A DNA stretch of 32,000 bases from Dickeya solani IPO 2222 (GTDB taxonomy: Bacteria > Pseudomonadota > Gammaproteobacteria > Enterobacterales > Enterobacteriaceae), in assembly GCF_001644705.1 (NCBI RefSeq), contig NZ_CP015137.1, forward strand, positions 1,740,001-1,772,000, read 5' to 3'. The notes beneath the pieces were generated by a model. That model was not told where the DNA came from. It ran no database searches and was given only the letters and a program-made list of their open reading frames with translations. Below are positions 7,905 to 17,752 of this stretch, piece after piece. The position numbers were made by a program, and so were the translations under genes. Each line of letters opens with the position of its first letter. Positions within the stretch are counted from its first letter, which is position 1.

Positions 7905-8228
7905 ATGTATACACCAGCAGAGGTGACACTCAGAGACGTCATCGATTCATTGCTTAGCGAGTTGACTATCATCAACTATCTTTATTTGGTCGCCAGCATG
8001 AACCAGTATGTACGTAAGCAGAACATACGGACGTTAAACTCGCAGGAATTCCGTTTCCTGACCACCCGGCTGAAACGTATAAAAATCGACGTAAACCACC
8101 TGTCTGGCCTGAATGATGACGACAAGGCGCATCTGCGCAAAGCATGTCATGACATTATTCAGTTCATCGAAGACCGCCGGCCAGAGCGTTCTTCCACCGC
8201 CGTTACCGGTATAATGGCGGCACGCTAA
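7905..8228 (+). CDS. Hypothetical small protein (107 aa from ATG 7905, or 122 aa from ATG 7860)
   Basis: The evidence is an open frame only. The predicted protein is soluble and mostly helical-looking (MYTPAEVTLRDVIDSLLSELTIINYLYLVASMNQYVRK...). I recognise no family. Confidence 0.45.
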   Translation: MYTPAEVTLRDVIDSLLSELTIINYLYLVASMNQYVRKQNIRTLNSQEFRFLTTRLKRIKIDVNHLSGLNDDDKAHLRKACHDIIQFIEDRRPERSSTAVTGIMAAR

Positions 8229-8261
8229 CCAACAACGGGCGCGCGCCATACCGGTTCACGG

Positions 8262-8582
8262 TCATCCCGCCGCCACATCCTGCGGAAAGCGTGTTTGCCA
8301 GGCGTCGAAACCGCCATCCACGCTATATACGGCTTCAAAACCGAGGCTTAACAGGTAATTCGCCGCGTTGCGGCTGCTGATGCCGTGATAGCACATCACC
8401 ATCACCGGCTGCTCAAAATCGGCGCCGCGCACAAAATCCGCCAGGGTTTCGTTGGTCAGATGGGTCGAGCCAGGCACGTGTGCGGTGCCGAAACTCTGCG
8501 GGTCGCGAATATCCACCAGCACATTGCCTTGCTGCCAGCGCTGATACGCCTGTTCAATATCGATTGCCTCGAACTGCTCCAT
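8262..8582 (-). CDS. glpE: Thiosulfate sulfurtransferase (rhodanese) GlpE
   Basis: Track ORF 8262..8687. The start is placed at ATG 8582 ([31 protein letters not shown]...), giving 106 aa, collinear with the 108-aa E. coli GlpE. The active-site loop MCYHGISS is present. Confidence 0.9.
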   Translation of the reverse strand: MEQFEAIDIEQAYQRWQQGNVLVDIRDPQSFGTAHVPGSTHLTNETLADFVRGADFEQPVMVMCYHGISSRNAANYLLSLGFEAVYSVDGGFDAWQTRFPQDVAAG

Positions 8583-8781
8583 TGCCTGCCTCATGTTTCT
8601 TAATGAATGGTGGTTATTATCGAATGGTATGCCTTGAATGGCGTGCATTGTAACCCACTCATCGCGCCGATAGACCGGATAAACCACAGGGATATGTGGG
8701 ATTGCAGGCCAAACGTCACAGGGAAAACGCCCGTTCCAACCGTGCCGAAGAGGTTATCTTTACGTAAATCAGGCGCGAAAC

Positions 8782-8797
8782 TGTTAGCTGCATCACG
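8782..8797. promoter_or_regulatory. CRP-like site in the glpE/glpD divergent region
   Basis: TGTTAgctgcaTCACG matches 8 of 10 positions of TGTGA-N6-TCACA. The E. coli glpD promoter is known to be CRP-dependent. Confidence 0.4.
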
Positions 8798-8832
8798 CGT
8801 AAATGTTTTTAATTGGTTAACGCTTGGCTAAC

Positions 8833-8872
8833 ATGTTTGTTTTCGATTAATATCGTGAGCGAAAACGAACAT
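8833..8872. promoter_or_regulatory. Candidate GlpR operators overlapping the putative glpD promoter
   Basis: atgtttgttttcg (8833-8845) and cgaaaacgaacat (8860-8872) form an inverted repeat with 1 mismatch. aacgaacatt matches the GlpR half-site AWCGAACATW exactly. A TAATAT -10-like hexamer at 8848-8853 lies between them. Confidence 0.55.
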
Positions 8873-8920
8873 TGTAATTTTTAACGAATACGCAGCTTTT
8901 GACGTGGTGGAGGAGAAAAC

Positions 8921-10420
8921 GTGGAAACCAAAGATCTGATTGTGATCGGCGGAGGCATTAACGGTACCGGCATCGCGGCGGATGCCGCCGGGCGCGGACT
9001 GTCCGTTCTGTTGCTGGAAGCGCAGGATCTGGCCTGCGCCACCTCTTCCGCCAGCTCAAAATTGATTCATGGCGGCCTGCGCTATCTGGAGCACTATGAG
9101 TTCCGACTGGTGGGCGAAGCCCTGTCCGAACGTGAAGTGCTGCTGAAAATGGCGCCGCACATCATTTTTCCGATGCGTTTCCGCCTGCCGCACCAGCCGC
9201 ATCTGCGTCCGGCCTGGATGATTCGCGCCGGTCTGTTCATGTATGACCATCTGGGCAAACGCGTCAGCCTGCCGTCCAGCCACGGGCTGCGATTCGGCCG
9301 CGAATCGGTGCTGAAACCGGAACTGACGCGCGGTTTCGAATATTCCGACTGCTGGGTGGACGATGCCCGCCTGGTAGTGTTGAACGCGCAGGAAGTCGTA
9401 CGTCGCGGCGGCGAGGTGAAAACGCGCATGAAAGTTACCCGCGCCCGCCGCGAAAACGGCCTGTGGGTGGTGGAAGCCGAAGACACACTGAACGGCGAGA
9501 TTCATCGCTGGCAGGCGAAAGGACTGGTCAACGCCACCGGCCCGTGGGTGCGCCAGTTCTTTGACGATGGTCTGGCGCTGCCGTCGCCGTACGGCATCCG
9601 GCTGATCAAAGGCAGCCATATCGTGGTTCCGCGCGTGCATCAGGAAGAGCAGGCCTACATTCTGCAGAATAAAGACAACCGCATCGTGTTTGTGATTCCG
9701 TGGCAGGATGAGTTTTCCATCATCGGCACTACCGACGTGGAGTATCACGGCAATCCGCATCAGGTGAAGATTGACGACAATGAAATTCGTTACCTGCTGG
9801 ACGTATACAACGATCACTTCAAAAAACAGCTGACGCGCGACGATATCGTCTGGACCTACTCGGGCGTGCGCCCGCTGTGCGACGACGAATCGGATTCGCC
9901 GCAGGCCATCACCCGCGATTACACGCTGTCAGTGGCGGATGAAAGCGGTAAAGCGCCGCTGCTGTCGGTGTTCGGCGGCAAGCTGACCACCTACCGTAAA
10001 CTGGCGGAACACGCCATGGATAAGCTGGCGAAGTACTACCCACAAGCGGGTCAGGCCTGGACCAACCGCGCCACCCTGCCCGGCGGCGATATCAGCGGCA
10101 CCCGCGACGACTACGCCGCCCTGCTGCGCCGTCGCTACAACCTGCCGGAAGCGCTGGCGCGTCGCTACAGCCGCACGTATGGCACCCAGAGCGAAAAAAT
10201 AATCGGTAACGCGCAGACGCTGAGCGATCTGGGTGAACATTTCGGCCATACTTTGTACGAAGCCGAGCTGCGTTATTTGGTAGAACACGAATGGGTGGTG
10301 TCGCTGGAGGACGCCATCTGGCGCCGCACCAAACTGGGCATGTGGCTGGATGACGCTCAGCAGCAGCGTATTGGTGAATGGCTGGCGGACTACCGCAATC
10401 AGTTAGCGAAAGCGGGCTAA
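8921..10420 (+). CDS. glpD: Aerobic glycerol-3-phosphate dehydrogenase GlpD
   Basis: GTG start with GGAGGAG upstream. The N-terminus METKDLIVIGGGINGTGIAADAAGRGLSVLLLEAQDLACATSSASSKLIHGGLRYLEHYEFRLV is almost identical to the E. coli GlpD N-terminus. Confidence 0.97.
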   Translation: METKDLIVIGGGINGTGIAADAAGRGLSVLLLEAQDLACATSSASSKLIHGGLRYLEHYEFRLVGEALSEREVLLKMAPHIIFPMRFRLPHQPHLRPAWMIRAGLFMYDHLGKRVSLPSSHGLRFGRESVLKPELTRGFEYSDCWVDDARLVVLNAQEVVRRGGEVKTRMKVTRARRENGLWVVEAEDTLNGEIHRWQAKGLVNATGPWVRQFFDDGLALPSPYGIRLIKGSHIVVPRVHQEEQAYILQNKDNRIVFVIPWQDEFSIIGTTDVEYHGNPHQVKIDDNEIRYLLDVYNDHFKKQLTRDDIVWTYSGVRPLCDDESDSPQAITRDYTLSVADESGKAPLLSVFGGKLTTYRKLAEHAMDKLAKYYPQAGQAWTNRATLPGGDISGTRDDYAALLRRRYNLPEALARRYSRTYGTQSEKIIGNAQTLSDLGEHFGHTLYEAELRYLVEHEWVVSLEDAIWRRTKLGMWLDDAQQQRIGEWLADYRNQLAKAG

Positions 10421-10431
10421 CCACGCATGAA

Positions 10432-10458
10432 AAACGGCTTCCACAAAGGAAGCCGTTT
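10432..10458. terminator. Bidirectional rho-independent terminator between the convergent genes glpD and glgP
   Basis: aaacggcttcc-acaaa-ggaagccgttt is an 11-bp perfect stem flanked by an A-run on the left and a T-run on the right. Confidence 0.75.
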
Positions 10459-10498
10459 CACTACCACATCACGCCTTACCCCCACTACGAGAACCTAC

Positions 10499-12946
10499 CT
10501 ACAACCGTATCGGCTTGATATGCCAGATATCGTCGGCGTATTCCTGAATGGTGCGATCGGCGGAGAAATAGCCCATGTTGGCGATGTTTTGCAAGGTACG
10601 GCGCGTCCATTCGTCCTCGTCGCGGTACACATCGTCCACCTTGTCATGGCTATCCACATAACTGCGGTAATCCGCCAGCAGTTGGTAGTGATCGCCAAAG
10701 TTGACCAGCGAATCGAACAGGTCGGCATAGCGGCCCGGTTCATCCGGGCTGAACACGCCGGTGGCGATCTGCGTCAGCACCCGGTGCAACTCCTCGTCCT
10801 GATTGTAGAATTCACGCGGGTTGTAACCGTTGCGCCGCAGTTCTTCCACCTGTTCCGTGGTGTTGCCGAAAATGAAGATATTCTCTTCCCCCACCCGTTC
10901 CCGCATTTCGACGTTGGCGCCGTCCAACGTGCCGATGGTCAGCGCGCCGTTCAGGGCAAACTTCATGTTGCTGGTGCCGGAAGCTTCGGTGCCCGCCAGC
11001 GAGATCTGTTCCGACAGGTCGGCCGCCGGAATGATGATTTGCGCCAGGCTGACGCCGTAGTTGGGGATGAAAACGATCTTCAGTTTGTCTTTCACCGCCG
11101 GATCGTTGTTCACCACGCTGGCCACATCGTTGATCAGGTGAATGATGTGCTTGGCCATGTAGTAGGCGGATGCCGCCTTGCCGGCGAAGATGGCGACGCG
11201 CGGTACGCGATCCAACTCCGGGTCGTCCTTGATGCGGTTATAAAGCGTAATCAGGTGCAGCACGTTGAGCAGTTGACGTTTGTACTCGTGGATACGCTTG
11301 ATCTGTACATCAAACAACGCGCTGGGGTCGACCACAATGTCCAGATGCTGAGCAATATAGATAGCCAGCCGCTTTTTGTTTTCCTGTTTAGCCTTGCGCA
11401 CTTTCTGCAGGAAGGCCGGAAAATCGATATGCGGCTTCAGATCCGCCAGTTGGCTCAGGTCGGTACGCCAGGTTTTGCCGATGGTGTCATCCAGCACTTT
11501 CGACAACGACGGGTTCGCCAGCGCCAGCCAGCGCCGGGGCGTCACGCCGTTGGTTTTGTTGCAGAAACGGTCCGGGTAAATGCGGGCGAAATCAGCAAAC
11601 AGCGACTGTACCATCAGGTCGGTATGTAACTGAGACACCCCGTTCACCTGATGACTGCAGATCACCGCCAGCCACGCCATGCGCACTTTGCGCCCGTGAT
11701 CTTCATCAATGATGGATACCCGCTTGAGCAGGTCGTGCTCATTGGGAAAACGTTCCTGCACCTCTTCCAGGAAGCGATCGTTGATTTCGAAGATCAGTTG
11801 CAGATGACGCGGCAGAATTTTGCCCATCATGTCGACCGGCCAGGTCTCCAGCGCTTCACCCATCAGGGTATGGTTGGTATAGGAGAACACTTTGGTGACC
11901 ACTTCCCAGGCGGCATCCCACTTGAATTTATGCTCGTCGATCAACAGGCGCATCAGTTCCGGAATCGCCAGCACCGGGTGGGTGTCGTTGAGGTGGATAG
12001 CGAATTTTTCCGCCAGATTGGCGTAGGTTTTGTGCATCATCCAGTGGCGGCTGAGGATATCCTGCACCGTGGCGGACACCAGAAAGTATTCCTGACGTAA
12101 ACGCAGCTCGCGGCCGGAATAGGTGGAGTCGTCGGGATACAGCACGCGCGACACGTTTTCGGAGTGGTTTTTATCCTCCACCGCCGCGAAATAGTCGCCC
12201 TGATTGAACTTGCCGAGGTTGATTTCGTTACTGGCCTGCGCCGCCCATAGCCGCAGGGTGTTGGTGGCGTCGGTATCAAAGCCAGGGATGATTTGATCGT
12301 AGGCGCAGGCGATGATTTCCTCCGTTTCCAGCCAACGGGCTTTCGTGCCTTCCTGCTGGATACGGCCGCCAAAGCGTACTTTGTAGCGGGTACTGTGGCG
12401 GACGAATTCCCACGGGTTGCCGTATTCCAGCCAGTAATCCGGCGACTCCGCCTGCCTGCCGTCAACGATGTTCTGCCGGAACATACCGTACTCGTAACGG
12501 ATGCCATAACCGCGCCCCGGCAGCGCCATGGTGGCGAGCGAGTCGAGGAAGCAGGCCGCCAGCCGTCCGAGGCCGCCGTTACCCAGTGCCGGATCGTCCT
12601 CTTCTTCCAGCAGTTCGTTCAGGTCCAGGCCCATCGCTTCCAGCGCGTCCCTCAGATCGTCAAACATGCCCATCGCCAGCAGCGCGTTGGACAGCGTGCG
12701 TCCCAACAAGAACTCCATCGACAGGTAGTAAACCTGCCGGACATCCTGCGATAACTGCGCGCGATTGGAGCGCAGCCAGCGTTCGACCATGCGATCCCGC
12801 ACGGCCAGTACCGCGGCATTCAGCCAGTCATGTTTGCTGGCGATGCTGGGATCCTTGCCTACGGTAAACATCAACTTGTAAGCGATGGAGTGTTTCAGCG
12901 CGTCTACGCTAAGCGTAGGTGAGTTGTAGATAAATGGAGAGTTCAT
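10499..12946 (-). CDS. glgP: Glycogen phosphorylase GlgP
   Basis: The 815-aa product has the N-terminus [27 protein letters not shown] and the PLP-lysine motif [14 protein letters not shown]. It is collinear with E. coli GlgP. Confidence 0.97.
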   Translation of the reverse strand: MNSPFIYNSPTLSVDALKHSIAYKLMFTVGKDPSIASKHDWLNAAVLAVRDRMVERWLRSNRAQLSQDVRQVYYLSMEFLLGRTLSNALLAMGMFDDLRDALEAMGLDLNELLEEEDDPALGNGGLGRLAACFLDSLATMALPGRGYGIRYEYGMFRQNIVDGRQAESPDYWLEYGNPWEFVRHSTRYKVRFGGRIQQEGTKARWLETEEIIACAYDQIIPGFDTDATNTLRLWAAQASNEINLGKFNQGDYFAAVEDKNHSENVSRVLYPDDSTYSGRELRLRQEYFLVSATVQDILSRHWMMHKTYANLAEKFAIHLNDTHPVLAIPELMRLLIDEHKFKWDAAWEVVTKVFSYTNHTLMGEALETWPVDMMGKILPRHLQLIFEINDRFLEEVQERFPNEHDLLKRVSIIDEDHGRKVRMAWLAVICSHQVNGVSQLHTDLMVQSLFADFARIYPDRFCNKTNGVTPRRWLALANPSLSKVLDDTIGKTWRTDLSQLADLKPHIDFPAFLQKVRKAKQENKKRLAIYIAQHLDIVVDPSALFDVQIKRIHEYKRQLLNVLHLITLYNRIKDDPELDRVPRVAIFAGKAASAYYMAKHIIHLINDVASVVNNDPAVKDKLKIVFIPNYGVSLAQIIIPAADLSEQISLAGTEASGTSNMKFALNGALTIGTLDGANVEMRERVGEENIFIFGNTTEQVEELRRNGYNPREFYNQDEELHRVLTQIATGVFSPDEPGRYADLFDSLVNFGDHYQLLADYRSYVDSHDKVDDVYRDEDEWTRRTLQNIANMGYFSADRTIQEYADDIWHIKPIRL

Positions 12947-12968
12947 ATGTCATTCCCACTGATGCGTA

Positions 12969-14402
12969 CTACCACAGACGTTGATAAAGCGCACGATAGG
13001 CCTGGGCAGCAACCTGCCAACTAAAATCCATCGCCATTGCCTGACGCTGTACATAACGCCAGAGCGAAGGGCGCGACCACAACACAAAGACCCGACGAAT
13101 CGCCCGCGACAGCGACGCTGTATTGCAATCGCTGAACACAAAACCGCTCGCCAGGCCATCAGCCAGATTTTCCAGCGAGCAATCCGCCACTGTATCCGCC
13201 AGCCCGCCGGTGCGCCTGACCAGCGGTAACGTGCCGTATTTCAGGCCGTACAGCTGGGTCAAACCGCAGGGTTCGAACCGACTAGGAACCATAATCACAT
13301 CCGCGCCGCCAATAATGCGGTGCGAAAACGCTTCGTGATAACCAATCTGAACGCCGACACGGCCGTGATACTCCGCCGCCGCCGCCAGAAAACCTTCCTG
13401 CAGGGTGGCGTCGCCCGCCCCCAGCACCACCAGTTGCCCGCCTTGCTCCAGCAAACCCGGCACCGCTTGCAACGCGATATCCAGCCCCTTCTGGCTGGTA
13501 AGGCGGCTGACGATGGCGAACACCGGCACCCGGTCATCCACCTTAAGCCCCATCGCCGTTTGCAGATGCCGCTTGTTATCCGCCTTGCGCGCCAGCTCAT
13601 CGCGGCTGTAGGTGGCGGTCAGCAGCGAATCGTGCGCCGGGTTCCAGATCTCGTCATCCACGCCGTTGAGGATGCCGGACAGACGACCGGCGTCTTCCCG
13701 CGACTTCAGCAACCCCTCCAGCCCGTAGCCGTATTCAGGCTGCGTGATCTCATGAGCATAGGTCGGGCTAACGGTGGTGATGTGATCCGCATAGTACAGC
13801 CCGGCCTTGAGGTACGAGATCTGACCGTAGAACTCCAACCCGTACATGCTGAAGTACTCCGGCGGCAGCCGCAGGTCCGACATGTGACGGGCATCAAATA
13901 ATCCCTGATAAGCCAGATTATGGACGGTAAATACCGATTTTGCCGGTCGGCCTTTCGCCGCCAGGTAAGCGCAGGTCAGCCCGGCGTGCCAATCGTGAGC
14001 GTGTACGATGTCCGGCCGCCAGAACGGATCGACGCCGCTGGCCATTTCCGCCCCCATCCAACCCAACAGGCCGAAGCGCAGAAAATTATCCGAATAGGCA
14101 AACAACGCGGTGTCGTGATACGGGCTGCCGGCCCGTTCATACAGGTAGGGAACATCGATCAGGTAGATACCCACGCCATTGTAATGACCGTAGCGCAGCG
14201 TGACGCGGCCGCCAAACGTATCCAGTTCCCGCACCACCTGCGCATCCGGGATGCCTTTTTTCAGGTCGGGGAACGCCGGCAATAGCACCCGCACATCCAT
14301 TCCCGCCGCGATCTGCGCACTGGGCAATGCCCCCACTACATCCGCCAGTCCCCCGGTTTTCAGCAGGGGGAACAGCTCTGAACACACATGTAATACCCGC
14401 AT
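12969..14402 (-). CDS. glgA: Glycogen synthase GlgA
   Basis: The 477-aa product begins [27 protein letters not shown], which contains the KTGGL motif. Confidence 0.97.
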   Translation of the reverse strand: MRVLHVCSELFPLLKTGGLADVVGALPSAQIAAGMDVRVLLPAFPDLKKGIPDAQVVRELDTFGGRVTLRYGHYNGVGIYLIDVPYLYERAGSPYHDTALFAYSDNFLRFGLLGWMGAEMASGVDPFWRPDIVHAHDWHAGLTCAYLAAKGRPAKSVFTVHNLAYQGLFDARHMSDLRLPPEYFSMYGLEFYGQISYLKAGLYYADHITTVSPTYAHEITQPEYGYGLEGLLKSREDAGRLSGILNGVDDEIWNPAHDSLLTATYSRDELARKADNKRHLQTAMGLKVDDRVPVFAIVSRLTSQKGLDIALQAVPGLLEQGGQLVVLGAGDATLQEGFLAAAAEYHGRVGVQIGYHEAFSHRIIGGADVIMVPSRFEPCGLTQLYGLKYGTLPLVRRTGGLADTVADCSLENLADGLASGFVFSDCNTASLSRAIRRVFVLWSRPSLWRYVQRQAMAMDFSWQVAAQAYRALYQRLW

Positions 14403-14478
14403 CTTGTCTCCCGTTCAGCCGGCTCGCCTCAGGCGCGACGGCATCAATCCCCCGGCCGCTCTCGGCCGGACATCGCGG

Positions 14479-15765
14479 CTAAGGTTTGAGTCTGGCCAGC
14501 ATGGCGCGCGTCACCAGCACAATGCCTTCTTCGGAACGATAAAAGCGACGGCTGTCATCTTCGGCGTTCTCGCCGATCACCATGCCTTCCGGAATTTCGC
14601 AGGCGCGATCGACAATGCAGCGATGCAGACGGCATGAACGCCCCACGTTGACATCCGGCAGCAGCACCGACGAATCGATGCTACAGAAAGAGTTGATTCG
14701 CACCCGCGGGAACAGCACCGAGTGCGTCACCACCGAGCCGGAGACGATGCTCCCGCCGGACACCAGCGAGTTCATGGTCAGCCCGTGGCTACCGGAGCGG
14801 TCCTGCACGAATTTGGCGGGCGGTAACGCCGCCATCGCCGAACGAATCGGCCAGTTATGGTCGTACATGTCCAGCTCCGGCATCACCGACGCCAGGTCGA
14901 GATTGGCGCGCCAGTAGGCCTCCAGCGTTCCCACATCCCGCCAGTAAGGCGGCGCGTTGTCCGAAGAGGTGACGCAGGAGAGCGTGAAGGGGTGCGCCCA
15001 GGCATGCCCCTGCGCCACGATTTTCGGGATCAGGTCCTTGCCGAAATCGTGGCTGGAATCCGAGGTGCACACGTCTTCTTCCAGCCGCCGGTAGAGATAG
15101 TCGGCGTTGAACACGTAGATCCCCATGCTGGCCAGCGCCATGTCCGGGTTATCCGGCATCGGCGTCGGGTTGGCCGGTTTTTCATCAAAACTGATAATGC
15201 GGTTGTCTTTATCCACGCTCATCACGCCAAACGCGTGCGCTTCCTTGATGGGAACCGGGATACAGGCCACCGAGCACTCGGCGCCGTTCTCCACGTGGTC
15301 CAGCAGCATGCGGGAATAATCCATCTTGTAGATGTGGTCGCCGGCCAGAATCACCACGTATTCCGCCCCATAGCGCCGGATAATATCCAGGTTGTGGCAC
15401 ACGGCGTCGGCGGTGCCGCGATACCAGTGATCGTTTTCATCGTGCCGTTGCTGCGCCGGCAGCAAATCGACAAATTCGTTCATCTCGGTATTCAGGAACG
15501 ACCAGCCGCGCTGGATGTGCTGCACCAGCGTGTGCGACTGATACTGGGTGATGACGCCAATCCTCCGGATGCCGGAGTTCAGGCAGTTGGAAAGGGCAAA
15601 ATCGATAATCCGGTACTTACCGCCAAAGTGTACGGCCGGCTTGGCGCGGTATGCGGTCAAATCTTTCAGTCGGGTGCCACGCCCACCCGCCAGGATCAGC
15701 GCGACGGATTTCAGAGGTAATTGTCTGGCCAGCATCAGAGGATCGTGTTTGTCAGTACTCACCAT
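14479..15765 (-). CDS. glgC: Glucose-1-phosphate adenylyltransferase GlgC
   Basis: The 428-aa product begins [43 protein letters not shown] lies 6 nt upstream of the ATG. Confidence 0.97.
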   Translation of the reverse strand: MVSTDKHDPLMLARQLPLKSVALILAGGRGTRLKDLTAYRAKPAVHFGGKYRIIDFALSNCLNSGIRRIGVITQYQSHTLVQHIQRGWSFLNTEMNEFVDLLPAQQRHDENDHWYRGTADAVCHNLDIIRRYGAEYVVILAGDHIYKMDYSRMLLDHVENGAECSVACIPVPIKEAHAFGVMSVDKDNRIISFDEKPANPTPMPDNPDMALASMGIYVFNADYLYRRLEEDVCTSDSSHDFGKDLIPKIVAQGHAWAHPFTLSCVTSSDNAPPYWRDVGTLEAYWRANLDLASVMPELDMYDHNWPIRSAMAALPPAKFVQDRSGSHGLTMNSLVSGGSIVSGSVVTHSVLFPRVRINSFCSIDSSVLLPDVNVGRSCRLHRCIVDRACEIPEGMVIGENAEDDSRRFYRSEEGIVLVTRAMLARLKP

Positions 15766-15778
15766 GTCAGGCTCCTTA

Positions 15779-17752
15779 TTATTGTTTTACCAGTACACAC
15801 ACCGCATTCGCCTGCCCGCGCCAAGCCAACCCGTCGAGTGAATGATCGGCCGCGCTAAACGGCGGCGCGACCCGCCATTCCCCTTCCGGCAGGGAGAAAT
15901 CACATGTCTGCGGCGTGGCGTTAACTAACAGTAGCCAGCGTTCGGAAAGCTGGATTTGCAGTTGGTGTGCTCCCTGTTCCCATTCGTACGGCGTTAAGAC
16001 CTCTCCCTGTGCATTCAGCCACCGCACGTCATTCTCACCGTCGCGCCACCAGCGTCCCCGCTGTAACGCAGGGATAGACTGGCGCAAGCGGATCAGCCCG
16101 GAAGTAAACGCGAGCAACGCGTCATCCACCTGATCCCAGTGCAACCAGGCCAGCGCGTTGTCCTGACAGTAGGCGTTGTTGTTACCCTGCTGGCTGTTGC
16201 CGAATTCATCGCCCGCCAGCAGCATCGGCGTTCCCTGCGACAGCAGCAGCGTGGTCAGCAACGCTTGCTGACTGACGCGCCGCCGCGCCTGCGTCGCCTC
16301 ATCCGCCTCGAGCCCTTCGGTGCCGTGGTTGAAACTGAAGTTGCTGCTGGTGCCATCCCGGTTTTGCTCCCCGTTGGCGTCGTTGTGCTTGTGGTTGAAA
16401 CACACCAAATCGCGCAGGGTAAAACCGTCATGAGAGGTCAGCATGTTGACCGATGCCCAGGGCTGCCGGCTGCCGCGCTCAAACACCTCGCTGGAGGCGG
16501 CGAAACGGCGGGCCAGCACCCCGACGGGGAGATCGCCATGCAGCCAGAAACGGCGCATGTCGTCGCGGAAACGGTCGTTCCACTCCGCGAACGGCGCCGG
16601 AAATTGCCCCAGTTGGTAACCACCGGGGCCGATGTCCCAGGGTTCGGCAATCAGTTTGCAGTCGCGTAGCGACCGGTGGTTGCGCAGGGCGGTAAAGAAC
16701 GGGGCGGAAGAGGAGAAATCCGGCATGCGTCCCAGAATCGTCGCCAGGTCAAAACGGAAACCATCCACATGGCAGACCTCATGCCAGAACGTCAGGCACT
16801 CGATCACCCACTGCAGCACCGCCGGGTGCTCAAGCCGCAACACGTTGCCGCACCCCGCCCAGTTGTGATAATCGCCACTCTCCGTCAGCCAGTAGTAGCT
16901 GGCGTTATCGATACCGCGCAGCGTCAGGGTCGGGCCGTCCACATCCAGTTCCGCGCTGTGGTTGAACACCACATCCAGAATCACCTCGATGCCGGCCTGA
17001 TGCAGCGCCCGCACCGTGTCACGGAACTCGTTGAGCGGGTCATCGCTCGCCGCCAGGCTGCTGTCCACCGCGAACGGCAGCAGCGTGTTGTAGCCCCAGT
17101 AATTGCGCAGCCCCATTGATTGCAAGCGCGGCTCGTCGGCATGCTGCTGGATAGGCATCAGCTCCAGCGCGGTCACGCCCAGTTGCGTCAGATAATCCAG
17201 CATCACCGGATGAGCCAGCGCGGCATAGGTGCCGCGTATCGCCGCCGGAATGCCCGGATGTCGCCGGGTCAATCCGCGCACGTGGGCTTCGTACAGCACC
17301 GTCTGCCCCCAGGGGGTGCGCGGTAGCCGGTCGTCCTGCCAGTCGTAATGTTCATCCACCACCACGCTGCGCGGCATCACCTCGGCGCTGTCGGACGGGT
17401 CGGGCTGGTCGTAACCGCCGTGCAGCCGCTCGTCATCCACCACCCAGCCGTCCATCTGCCGGGCACAAGGGTCAAGCAGCAGCTTATTGGCGTTGAAACG
17501 CGGCCCGCGCGACGGGTCAAACACGCCATCGACGCGGTAGCCGTAGCACAAACCCGGCTGCGCATCCGGCAGGTAGCCATGCCAGATATCGCCGGTACGG
17601 GCCGTCAGCAGCAAACGCTGTTCCCGCAGGCCGTCAAAAATACACAATTCCACCCGCGATGCCCCGGATGAGAACAAGGCGAAGTTCACGCCTTCGCCAT
17701 CGAAATAAGAGCCTAATGGTCGCGGGCGGCCCGCCAACAGTTCAGCCATCAC
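15779..17752 (-). CDS. glgX: Glycogen debranching enzyme GlgX
   Basis: The 657-aa product carries GH13 motifs ([22 protein letters not shown]) and is collinear with E. coli GlgX. Its start overlaps the glgB stop (ATGA). Confidence 0.96.
   Translation of the reverse strand: MMAELLAGRPRPLGSYFDGEGVNFALFSSGASRVELCIFDGLREQRLLLTARTGDIWHGYLPDAQPGLCYGYRVDGVFDPSRGPRFNANKLLLDPCARQMDGWVVDDERLHGGYDQPDPSDSAEVMPRSVVVDEHYDWQDDRLPRTPWGQTVLYEAHVRGLTRRHPGIPAAIRGTYAALAHPVMLDYLTQLGVTALELMPIQQHADEPRLQSMGLRNYWGYNTLLPFAVDSSLAASDDPLNEFRDTVRALHQAGIEVILDVVFNHSAELDVDGPTLTLRGIDNASYYWLTESGDYHNWAGCGNVLRLEHPAVLQWVIECLTFWHEVCHVDGFRFDLATILGRMPDFSSSAPFFTALRNHRSLRDCKLIAEPWDIGPGGYQLGQFPAPFAEWNDRFRDDMRRFWLHGDLPVGVLARRFAASSEVFERGSRQPWASVNMLTSHDGFTLRDLVCFNHKHNDANGEQNRDGTSSNFSFNHGTEGLEADEATQARRRVSQQALLTTLLLSQGTPMLLAGDEFGNSQQGNNNAYCQDNALAWLHWDQVDDALLAFTSGLIRLRQSIPALQRGRWWRDGENDVRWLNAQGEVLTPYEWEQGAHQLQIQLSERWLLLVNATPQTCDFSLPEGEWRVAPPFSAADHSLDGLAWRGQANAVCVLVKQ

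Noticed and set aside
1576-8261. Classification of the inserted blocks (also 19993-23579 and 28639-30227) as genomic islands, prophage or IS-mediated insertions
   Set aside because: I looked for integrase, transposase or recombinase ORFs, tRNA or tmRNA attachment sites, terminal inverted repeats and flanking direct repeats. None of these were found. Only ERIC-type repeats border two of the blocks, so a mobility mechanism cannot be claimed.
8583-8687. Longer N-terminal extensions offered by the ORF track for several genes: glpE to 8687, glgB to 19992, csp to 22680, nikR to 23447, gntT to 26905, yhhW to 30941, glpG to 1596 and btsS from 20288
   Set aside because: In each case an internal start reproduces the N-terminus and length of the well-known homologue and has a better-placed Shine-Dalgarno. 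The extensions add non-conserved residues and, in the cases of yhhW and csp, overlap the RBS or the 5' UTR.
9056-9817. 253-aa minus-strand ORF inside glpD, together with 9094..9486, 9929..10288 and 10092..10424
   Set aside because: These are antisense shadows of glpD, which has near-identical N-terminal homology to E. coli GlpD.
10427-11629. 400-aa ORF on the plus strand (with the nested ORFs 10830..11060, 11376..11579, 11651..12100 and 12293..12754)
   Set aside because: It lies entirely antisense to glgP, whose product aligns end to end with glycogen phosphorylase. The predicted protein is R/H/Q/V/G-rich and low-complexity, which is typical of shadow ORFs in GC-rich genes. No RBS is evident.
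14857-15720. 287-aa plus-strand ORF
   Set aside because: It is an antisense shadow of glgC, which is unambiguous (GGRGTRL motif, full-length collinearity with E. coli GlgC).
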